38,531 bases of DNA from an uncultured Lentisphaerales bacterium (GTDB taxonomy: Bacteria > Verrucomicrobiota > Lentisphaeria > JABSQK01 > UBA12247): positions 1-38,531 of the forward strand of contig CALSSJ010000008.1 of the NCBI GenBank assembly GCA_943788985.1, in the 5' to 3' direction. Positions within the stretch are counted from its first letter, which is position 1. The number at the start of each line of letters is the position of its first letter. Positions 8,684-16,687 of this stretch are shown here, one piece after another. The translations under genes were made by a program, and so were the position numbers. The notes beneath the pieces were generated by a model, which saw only the letters and a list, made by a program, of their open reading frames with translations, had not been told where the DNA came from and searched no databases.

Positions 8684-10201
8684 ATGAGTAGACTCTTTCC
8701 TCGCGCCGATTGGGCCGATGCACAGGCAATCGCAAGTATCGCCTACTGCAACCCGTTCACAGAACAGAGAATTGAGCTGGAGGCAGCGGTTGCCGGGGCG
8801 AGTGGCCGCAGGGCAATCGCCACTTGGAACCTGAGGCCCGACGCCACTGCCCAAAATCCAGTGCTCGAACGCGTGATCTCGCGAACCGCCGAGTTGGTCG
8901 AGCCTGCCCGTGCAGCAATTGCCAAAGTCACGCCCTCGCCGGAAGAGTGTGAGTGCTATGAGGCGATCGTCTTTTTCCACCTATACCATAAATATGTCCA
9001 CGACTTGGACCTGTTGATCGACAACGGCGATCAACAAGTCAGCTTTTACGATAACTTCTCGGCAGACGCCACGCGTTTCTTGCAGGCGCCGTCCCTGCGT
9101 GAGACTCGCCCTGACGCGGCGCATCTGTTGGCGTGCCTCTATCAAATCAGGCGCGCCTTTCACTACACTCATTACTTCCTGATTGGCAGCTCGCAGCCGA
9201 TGGCTACGCTGCGGGCGGCGATCTGGGAGTCTGTTTTTAGTCACGACATGCGCCGCTATCGGGCCGGTCTCTACCGGCATATGCGTGACTTTGCGACCTT
9301 GATCACCGGCCCTTCCGGCACCGGAAAGGAATTGGTCGCGCGAGCGATCGGGAAGTCTCAGTATGTCGCATACGAGCCGCGAAAGCGTGCCTTCGTGGGT
9401 AGCCCCGCGGTCCATGCGGTGAATCTGTCCGCGCTTTCTCCGAATTTGATCGAGTCGGAGCTGTTCGGGGCTAGACGGGGAGCGTTTACTGGCGCGGAGT
9501 CCGATCACACCGGGTGGTTTGAAACCTGCGGTACCACAGGCTCGGTATTTTTGGACGAAATCGGTGAGCTGGACCCCGCTGTCCAGGTAAAGCTCCTGCG
9601 ACTCCTGCAAACTCGAACTTTTGAGAGAATCGGCGAAACACAGCAGCGGGAGTTCAGCGGGAAACTGATCACCGCGACCAACAGGAGCCTGGATACCGAG
9701 TTCGAAGCAGGGCGGATGCGTCCGGACTTTTACTACCGGCTCTGCGCAGACTGCATTCGCACGCCGACCTTAAACGCACAGCTAAAAGACGAGCCGGCAC
9801 AGTTGGGGCTGTTGGTGAAACATCTCACCAGAGATAACGCTGGCGAGGACATCGCCATTGAAGCAACTCCGTGGCTTGTCGAGTGGATTGTCACTCATCT
9901 GGGGACAGCCTACCGATGGAGTGGGAATGTCAGAGAACTTGAGCAATGCATCAGGAGCTTACTGATTCATGGCACTTATGTGCCAATTGGGGATAACAAT
10001 GAACGTGTCATCGAAGACGCCCAGTTGACGCTGGATCAATTTGTTGCGCGGCACTGTACTCGCGCCTATTTTGAGTCCGGAAGCTACGTGGCTGCCGCCG
10101 AGCGACTTGCCACGGATCGGCGAACCGTCAAGGCTAAGCTAGATGCCACCTATCTGGCGGAGTTGCAAAAAAAAAGACAGGGGGGATATGAGAGAAGGTA
10201 A
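8684..10201 (+). CDS. Sigma54-dependent transcriptional activator (bEBP) with an unrecognised N-terminal domain
   Basis: Walker A GPSGTGKE, ESELFG...GAFTGA, Walker B FLDEIGEL, DFYYRL, WSGNVREL, C-terminal HTH (AAAERLATDRRTV). Confidence 0.92.
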   Translation: MSRLFPRADWADAQAIASIAYCNPFTEQRIELEAAVAGASGRRAIATWNLRPDATAQNPVLERVISRTAELVEPARAAIAKVTPSPEECECYEAIVFFHLYHKYVHDLDLLIDNGDQQVSFYDNFSADATRFLQAPSLRETRPDAAHLLACLYQIRRAFHYTHYFLIGSSQPMATLRAAIWESVFSHDMRRYRAGLYRHMRDFATLITGPSGTGKELVARAIGKSQYVAYEPRKRAFVGSPAVHAVNLSALSPNLIESELFGARRGAFTGAESDHTGWFETCGTTGSVFLDEIGELDPAVQVKLLRLLQTRTFERIGETQQREFSGKLITATNRSLDTEFEAGRMRPDFYYRLCADCIRTPTLNAQLKDEPAQLGLLVKHLTRDNAGEDIAIEATPWLVEWIVTHLGTAYRWSGNVRELEQCIRSLLIHGTYVPIGDNNERVIEDAQLTLDQFVARHCTRAYFESGSYVAAAERLATDRRTVKAKLDATYLAELQKKRQGGYERR

Positions 10202-10332
10202 TTTGTTGCCCTAAGGTGTAATCCACTGCGTAAAATCGTAGCAATTAAAAGGGAAGATGCTCTTGATTTTGAACTGTGCCACTCTACTGTCTCGAGATTA
10301 ACTTGAACAATTTAGGGTAAGGCGGACAACCG

Positions 10333-11160
10333 ATGCCACGCATCAAAATATCAGAGAGCGACTATCCGGCCCACAAAGTATGCACCAAGTGCGAACAGAG
10401 CCTACCTCTCGAGGCGTATTACAGGACGCCCAAAGGCAAGTATGGACGCAGTTCCCAGTGCAAGGAATGCAAGCACTCCTACTATCTCGAGAACGCAGAC
10501 CGCTACAAACAGCGGACGAAGGACTATCGCAAGAAGTGGATGGAGAGCGGCCTGAAGTGTAGCGTCCCCGGCTGCGATCGCCCGCTGGTGTCCAAGCTTC
10601 ACTGCGACCGCTGCCGCACACAACTGCGCAAGTACGGAAAAATCCTGCCGCGCACGAAATACGATCCAAACGACATTATCGATCGTCAGGACGGCACCTC
10701 CGAGATCATCCTGCGCAATCGCAAGCAGGAAGTGTCTGGTCGCGCCCTGGTCGACACCGAAGACGTTTCCACACTCGAGCACTTGCACTGGCATCTCAAA
10801 AGTTTCTGTGTGCAGGCGTATGACAAAACCACCAGCAAGCTGGTCACTCTGTCTCGCTACTTGATGGATCCGCCGGAAGGAGCCAGGATCGCGTACCTGA
10901 ATCACAACTTCCTGGATAACCGCAAAGAGAATTTGCGGATTTGCACTACGCAGCAGATTGGAATTCACCGCCGGGTCGGGACCAACAATACGTCCGGCGT
11001 AAAGGGCGTCAGCTGGAACCGGAAGCGCCAGAAATGGTACGTATGCTTGGTCAAGAATGGCAAGCATTTCTGGGGCGGTGCTCACTCCAAGTTGGACGAA
11101 GCGGTTTTGGCGCGTCGTGCGCTGGAGCAGGAGCATTTCGAGAAGCTCTACCTTTCGTAA
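10333..11160 (+). CDS. Zinc-finger + degenerate HNH + AP2-domain protein (homing-endonuclease-derived, probably nuclease-dead)
   Basis: CTKC...CKEC and CSVPGC...CDRC zinc-binding motifs; LDNRKENLRIC HNH scaffold; C-terminal NNTSGVKGVSWNRKRQKW...EAVLARRALE AP2 signature. Confidence 0.85.
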   Translation: MPRIKISESDYPAHKVCTKCEQSLPLEAYYRTPKGKYGRSSQCKECKHSYYLENADRYKQRTKDYRKKWMESGLKCSVPGCDRPLVSKLHCDRCRTQLRKYGKILPRTKYDPNDIIDRQDGTSEIILRNRKQEVSGRALVDTEDVSTLEHLHWHLKSFCVQAYDKTTSKLVTLSRYLMDPPEGARIAYLNHNFLDNRKENLRICTTQQIGIHRRVGTNNTSGVKGVSWNRKRQKWYVCLVKNGKHFWGGAHSKLDEAVLARRALEQEHFEKLYLS

Positions 11161-11177
11161 GAGCGCTCGCTACTGCG

Positions 11178-11213
11178 CGCCACGTCTCTTTGGGACGTGG
11201 CGTTTTTTTTTTT
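11178..11213 (+). terminator. Rho-independent terminator
   Basis: CGCCACGTCTC-TTT-GGGACGTGGCG stem followed by T11, starting 18 bp after the HNH-AP2 stop. Confidence 0.9.
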
Positions 11214-11285
11214 GTACGTGCATACTACCGTTTCGCGCTGACCGCCTTCAGCGTGTGAACGCAGTGACAGTTAAGGTTGTACAGC

Positions 11286-12614
11286 ATGCAATTTCCCATT
11301 TATACGCCAGCCGAAGCATCGGCTGGAATTCTGCACCGGGCACCGATCGGCGATGGCGCAATCTCGCCGACACTTGCAGCCGGGTTGCAACGAGTATTCG
11401 GAGAACCCTTGGGCGTGGAAGAAGCCGTCGCCCGCATCCTGCAGTCCGTCCGCAATGACGGCGATACCGGGCTGCGGGTCTGGACTGAGCGTATTGACGG
11501 ATCGGCGCCGGAAACATTCGTGATCTCCGCAGCCGAGATTAAGCAAGCCTACGAGACGATTGATCCGGCGCTGCGGGACGCGCTGCACTTCTCCGCCGAT
11601 CGAATTCGTGCCTTTCATGAGCGGCAGCGCGAGCGCTCATGGGTGCATTTTGAAGAGCACGGCGGCGCCCTAGGGCAGCTCATTCGACCGCTGTCGAGCG
11701 TGGGCGTGTACGCGCCCGGCGGAACAGCTCCCTATCCAAGTACACTGCTGATGGGAGCTGTGACAGCTCGCGTCGCAGGAGTCGAAAGGGTTGTCGTTGC
11801 TACTCCTGCGGGCCGCGACGGAATTGCCCCGGTGATCCTCGCCGCCGCACACGTGGCCGAAGTGGATGAGGTATACGCGGTTGGTGGAGCACAGGCTGTC
11901 GGCGCATTGGCCTACGGAACCGAGACCATCACTGCGGTAGATAAGATCGTAGGCCCGGGCAATATTTTTGTAGTCACGGCCAAACGCCAGGTGTTCGGAA
12001 TGGTGGACATCGATTCGCTGCCTGGACCTACCGAGACCTTGGTCGTCGCTGATGCCAATGCAGACCCCGTGCTGGTCGCTGCAGATTTGCTTGCACAGGC
12101 GGAGCACGACACCCAAAGTGCGGCCATCCTCGTCACTCCCAGTCGCGATCTGGCGGAGGCTGTACAGACTCAGATTGCGAGCCAGCTCGAGCCGCTAACA
12201 CGCAAAGCGATTATCGAGGAGGCGCTCCAACAGAGTGGTGCGGTGATCTGCGCGGATTTAGCCGCAGGCGTCGCCCTCAGCAACGGCTACGGTCCCGAGC
12301 ACCTTTGCCTGCACGTAGATCATCCTTGGGAGTTACTGGGCACGGTCACAAATGCCGGGGGAGTATTTCTGGGCGAACATGCGTATGAGGTTCTAGGAGA
12401 CTACACTGCTGGCCCCACCCACGTGATGCCGACCATGGGTACAGCCAGATTTGCCAGCCCGCTTTCCACTCGAGATTTCACCAAGATCATCAGCATTTTT
12501 GGGATGAGCGAGGCCGAATCTCGGGCGATTGCCCCAGCCGCCCAGCTGTTGGCTGAGTCAGAAGGGCTCACGGCCCACGCAAACGCGGTGCGACTTAGAC
12601 TCGAGTCTCGTTGA
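11286..12614 (+). CDS. hisD: Histidinol dehydrogenase
   Basis: GVYAPGG, GGAQAVGALAYGT, VDKIVGPGNIFV, AQAEHD, PEHL, GDY...HVMPT, EGLTAH all present. Confidence 0.95.
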   Translation: MQFPIYTPAEASAGILHRAPIGDGAISPTLAAGLQRVFGEPLGVEEAVARILQSVRNDGDTGLRVWTERIDGSAPETFVISAAEIKQAYETIDPALRDALHFSADRIRAFHERQRERSWVHFEEHGGALGQLIRPLSSVGVYAPGGTAPYPSTLLMGAVTARVAGVERVVVATPAGRDGIAPVILAAAHVAEVDEVYAVGGAQAVGALAYGTETITAVDKIVGPGNIFVVTAKRQVFGMVDIDSLPGPTETLVVADANADPVLVAADLLAQAEHDTQSAAILVTPSRDLAEAVQTQIASQLEPLTRKAIIEEALQQSGAVICADLAAGVALSNGYGPEHLCLHVDHPWELLGTVTNAGGVFLGEHAYEVLGDYTAGPTHVMPTMGTARFASPLSTRDFTKIISIFGMSEAESRAIAPAAQLLAESEGLTAHANAVRLRLESR

Positions 12615-12687
12615 AGCAGGCGTTATTGGGCGAGTTGGCCCGTGTATTTCTGGACTGACGCCCTGCCCATCGGAACGCCCCAAGTCC

Positions 12688-13611
12688 ATGACCACTGACG
12701 AGTTGTTGCTGGCATATCATGCCATGTCTTTCCTGCGGGCCTTTGAGCTGCGACTGGACGCGCTTTTTCTGCGCGGTGCAGTTGCTGGCACCACACATCT
12801 CTGTATTGGCCAGGAGGCGTGCTCGATTGGTGTCGGGCATGCCCTGACCAACGACGATGCCGTGTTTAGCAATCATCGCGGGCACGGGCATCTAATTGGG
12901 CGCGGCGGCGATCCGCTGCGGCTGATGGCTGAGATTTGTGGCAATGAACGGGGCTATTCGCAGGGGCGGGGAGGCAGCCAGCATGTGGCGGTGAATGAAA
13001 TCGGCTTTCTTGGCACACATGGCATTACCGCTGGCACAATCCCACTCGCTACCGGCGTCGCGCTCCATAAGAAGCGCACCGGCGAACCCGGCCTAGGCTG
13101 TGTATTCTTTGGCGAAGGCGCGACAGGGGAGGGGATTTTCCATGAGAGCCTGAACCTGGCTGCTCTATGGCAGCTTCCCGTACTCTATGTCTGCGAGAAC
13201 AACGAGTACGCGATGTCATCCGCCCATCGGCTGTTTTCGCCAGTTGCGGATGTCGCAACCCGGGCGGCGGCCTTTGGGATGGAGGCCTTGATTGTGGACG
13301 GCAATGACGTAGGCGCAGTCTACGACACAGTTTGCGAACTCCGCAAACGCGTGATCGCTGAGAGCAGACCAGTATTGCTCGAACTGAAGACCTACCGAAT
13401 CAGCGGGCATTCTCGTGGCGATCAGTGCGTGTATCGCAGCCGGGAGGAGGAAGACGCAGCGCGTGACCGCGATCCATTGCTGCGTGCGCGGCAGTTGCTT
13501 CAGCAGGCTGAGCTTTGGGATCTAAATCAGGAACAAGAGCTCTCCGCGACAACGCGGGCACGGCTCGACGAGATGCAGCGAGCGCTGCAGATCCCGTTGG
13601 AGGGAGAGTAA
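12688..13611 (+). CDS. TPP-dependent dehydrogenase E1 alpha subunit (acetoin/pyruvate dehydrogenase-like)
   Basis: [29 protein letters not shown]...ENN (GDG-type TPP motif), [13 protein letters not shown]. Confidence 0.9.
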   Translation: MTTDELLLAYHAMSFLRAFELRLDALFLRGAVAGTTHLCIGQEACSIGVGHALTNDDAVFSNHRGHGHLIGRGGDPLRLMAEICGNERGYSQGRGGSQHVAVNEIGFLGTHGITAGTIPLATGVALHKKRTGEPGLGCVFFGEGATGEGIFHESLNLAALWQLPVLYVCENNEYAMSSAHRLFSPVADVATRAAAFGMEALIVDGNDVGAVYDTVCELRKRVIAESRPVLLELKTYRISGHSRGDQCVYRSREEEDAARDRDPLLRARQLLQQAELWDLNQEQELSATTRARLDEMQRALQIPLEGE

Positions 13612-14597
13612 TGATGGAGACACACGAACTCTCAATGTCCGCCGCGATCCGCGAGGCTCTTGCCCAGATTCTGACGACCGATTCCCGCGCCCTGCTGATC
13701 GGCGAAGACATCGGCGTCTATGGTGGTGCCTTCAAGATTTCGGCTGGTTTCTTCGACAAGTTTGGGCCGACTCAGATTTATGATACGCCGATCAGCGAAG
13801 CGGCGATTGTCAGTGTCGCTTGCGGTGCCGCATTGGCCGGATCGAGGCCCATCGCGGAGATCATGTTCATGGACTTCTTGCTGTTGGGCATGGACGGGCT
13901 GGTCAACATTGCTGTAAAGTGGCAAGACGTCTATGGGCCGGAGTTCAAGATACCGCTGATCATTCGCTGCCCAGCCGGTGCCGGACGCGCCTACGGTCCG
14001 ACACATTCGCAGAGCTTCGAAGGGCTGTTGATGAATGTTCCACAGTTGACGATCTGCTGTCCGTCCACGCCAGCGGACGCTGCCGGCCTGCTCCTGGGGG
14101 CCTATGAGGCGGAGAGGCCTGTGGTCTTTATCGAGCATAAGGCGTTGTATGCGCGAAAGGGACAGGTGCCTGTCACGCTCGCACCACTTGAGCTTGGCCG
14201 CTGCTGCACCAGGCGCAACGGCGACGCGATCAGCATTTTCGTCTATGGTCGGCACGTGACGACCGCCCTGATCGCGGCAGAGCGCCTTGCGGAACATGGC
14301 TATGAGGCGGAGGTCGTCGACCTGCGGACGATCAAGCCACTCGATCAGGCTGGCATTCTTGAAAGCTTTTCGCGTACCGGCAGAGCGCTCTGTCTGGAAG
14401 AGTCCCCAGTGGTCGGGGGCGTCGGCAGTGAAATCGTCTCGCTGTTGGTAAGCGACGGTTTTGAGTATCTTGAGGCGCCGCCAGCGCGTATGGGTGCACC
14501 AGAAGCACCCATCCCGTGCAACCCCGAGTTGGAGGCCCAAGCCTTCCCGACGGTGGAGTCGGTGACGGCGAAGGCGCTGGAGATCTGCGAGTACTGA
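13611..14597 (+). CDS. TPP-dependent dehydrogenase E1 beta subunit
   Basis: [48 protein letters not shown] coupling to the alpha gene. Confidence 0.92.
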
Positions 14598-14683
14598 CGC
14601 AAAGTTATTGCGCACACTTCCTGTAACCTTTTCTCTGTATTCATGAAGGGCCGTAGTTCGCTGCCCGCAAACTAAAATCCCAG

Positions 14684-14725
14684 TAGAATCTGTTACGGGA
14701 GAGTGACAAACGTACTGACCAGGCT
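14684..14725 (+). repeat. Direct-repeat motif copy 1 (TAGAATC-N11-AGTGACAAACGTAC)
   Basis: 14-bp core identical to 20703-20716, with TAGAATC upstream and CAGGC downstream in both copies. Confidence 0.7.
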
Positions 14726-14765
14726 AGATTCTGCCGCGCTCTACCTAACTTCTCTTTGAGGCATA

Positions 14766-16682
14766 GTGAAAATACTGCCCTTTCTCATTTTACTGACAGC
14801 TGGCTTTGTTGTTTCTGGCCACGCACAACTCCCAAGGCAGTCGGTTATAGAAGGCAAACTCATTGCCGTCTCCAGCTTCCCCTCCCCGAAAACCAGCGAC
14901 TACGCCGATTGTCTCTTTTCCACCCGGTTTGTGATCGAAAAGGTGCTCGTAGGCGTTCCTATTGGCGGGACTATTCGTTTGTTGATGCCCGCCTTCCTGA
15001 AACGCCAAATTGTCGACGGCAATCTCCAGGTCGGCGATCGCCTTCAAATCGCGGTCCAGCCGTTTTCCTTCGTCGCTGGTCCTGTGCAGAAGATTCAGCA
15101 AGCGGATAGCCTATTTGACTTGGAGTATGAAACGTACTACGGCCGCGGCGCCGTCCGTCTCAATGTGGCTCAAGCCGCTGCCATCACACCCGCTCCGATC
15201 TTCCAGCACAAATCGCCATTCGAGGCCCCGGTCAACCCGCCCGTATCTGCGGAATTCGAGCGTCTTGCGAAAATCGGAATCGAGCGCGAGCTTGCGATGA
15301 TCAACCGCCGTATCGGTAATGTTGTAGCGCAGCGGGAGTCGATCAATGCCCGGTTTTCTGCGGATTGGGCCAGGCGGCAGGCGGACTTTGGGGAGGTCAA
15401 GGGGTACAAATGGAGCCGTGTGGGCAAAACCCTGATGGCACTGTCCAGCAACTACGCACTCATTCCCGAGGCTTGGCAGGCGAAGCCGGAGAACATAGAT
15501 GCAATCGTTGCCTTCCGGGACTTTCTGCACGCGCACGGCACCCAGCTCATCATCCAGCTAATACCGTCGATGCACGCCGTTGCTTCGCGCGTTTTTCTGC
15601 CGGAATATGCCCAGTATCCAGACCTGGAATGTGCTTTTGCTGCAAAGCAGTTGCTCGAGCGCGGCGTCGAGACTATATACGCCAGTGACGAGCTTGTACG
15701 CCGAGCCCCGAATTATGAGTTTATGTTCTTCTATCCGAAGAACAACCATCCCGCGCATGGCTGCCAGGATGTCCTCACCGACCTCAGCTGCGCGCGTCTC
15801 AAGCAACGCTTCGGCACCTTGCCTAGCAACCTTGCTCCAGACAGATTCAGCATCGTTCGCGCCAGTGGTGTCTATGGCTCGAACTATCGGTATCCCGTGG
15901 GTGTCGACATTGGTACCAAGGCTCCCAACAAAGCCGTTTTAACGGAATCTGTGCGCTACGCGGGAGGGCAAGTCCCCTTTAACCCCAATTCCCAAATCCA
16001 AGTGCTCGGGAGCAGCTACATCCAAACCCCCACGCCAGGGGGCTCCTATTCCTCGCTACTGGCGATGAAAACGGCCGTCGCGCCCGACAATGTTCGAGTT
16101 AGCGGGCATGGTCCGAATACTACGATTCCGCTGCGTTTCTATTATCAGAAAGGACGGCCGCTAAAGGGCAAGAAGGTGTGCGTATTGCCGGTTTCAATCA
16201 ACGTTGTGGCCAAGAGTCGCTGGGTAAACCTGCGCGATTTAGACGACATGCTTCGGCTGTTATCTGGAAAGCGCGATGTCTTTCGGGCCCCTAAGCTTCC
16301 CGCCTTCTCCTCAGCGATCCGGCCAGTCTTTCCCGACGAGCATCGGTCTAGTTGGCAGCAGTTCGTAGGCTCCCAGAAGGGGGCAGGCTATCTGATGTTT
16401 GCGGCACCAGACCAGGATTACCCGGTCACGAACTTCGGTGTCCCCGAGCGGCTTCGTGAATCACCGAGCGTCGTCTATCTCAAGGTTGCCACCGCACCGC
16501 GCCAAATAGGTAGCTTGGCCATCAACGGTGTTCGCAAACCACTGGAAATCACCAACTACGCCGTAGCCTGGCAGACCATAGTGGTGCCGATCGAGGCTGG
16601 CACCGAACACGTCGCAATATCCGCCAGGTTCAATAAGTCTCAGTCAGCTCTGGCTGTAGAACGAATCGCAATTTGCCAGTAG
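14766..16682 (+). CDS. Exported AlgX/AlgJ-like SGNH-fold protein with extra N- and C-terminal domains
   Basis: Signal peptide; AIVAFRDFLHAHGTQLIIQLIP; FFYPKNNHP at the DxHW position; IQVLGSSY at the catalytic Ser position; converges on the algI/algJ-like genes. Confidence 0.65.
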   Translation: MKILPFLILLTAGFVVSGHAQLPRQSVIEGKLIAVSSFPSPKTSDYADCLFSTRFVIEKVLVGVPIGGTIRLLMPAFLKRQIVDGNLQVGDRLQIAVQPFSFVAGPVQKIQQADSLFDLEYETYYGRGAVRLNVAQAAAITPAPIFQHKSPFEAPVNPPVSAEFERLAKIGIERELAMINRRIGNVVAQRESINARFSADWARRQADFGEVKGYKWSRVGKTLMALSSNYALIPEAWQAKPENIDAIVAFRDFLHAHGTQLIIQLIPSMHAVASRVFLPEYAQYPDLECAFAAKQLLERGVETIYASDELVRRAPNYEFMFFYPKNNHPAHGCQDVLTDLSCARLKQRFGTLPSNLAPDRFSIVRASGVYGSNYRYPVGVDIGTKAPNKAVLTESVRYAGGQVPFNPNSQIQVLGSSYIQTPTPGGSYSSLLAMKTAVAPDNVRVSGHGPNTTIPLRFYYQKGRPLKGKKVCVLPVSINVVAKSRWVNLRDLDDMLRLLSGKRDVFRAPKLPAFSSAIRPVFPDEHRSSWQQFVGSQKGAGYLMFAAPDQDYPVTNFGVPERLRESPSVVYLKVATAPRQIGSLAINGVRKPLEITNYAVAWQTIVVPIEAGTEHVAISARFNKSQSALAVERIAICQ

Positions 16683-16687
16683 AGCTG

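Noticed and set aside
8684..10201. RtcR call for the bEBP
   Set aside because: No recognisable CARF-type N-terminus, RtcR-specific motifs are absent and there is no rtcA/rtcB nearby.
10202..11285. Group I intron, intein or prophage housing the HNH gene
   Set aside because: Both flanking genes are complete, the ORF has its own terminator, and no splice-structure or phage genes are visible.
11286..12614. HisD paralogue (e.g. HpsN) acting with the E1 pair
   Set aside because: All HisD catalytic and zinc-ligand motifs are canonical; adjacency alone is not evidence.
13632..14615. Long antisense ORFs here and at 10402..11136, 29805..30515 and similar
   Set aside because: They overlap well-supported genes and are expected from GC-rich codon bias.
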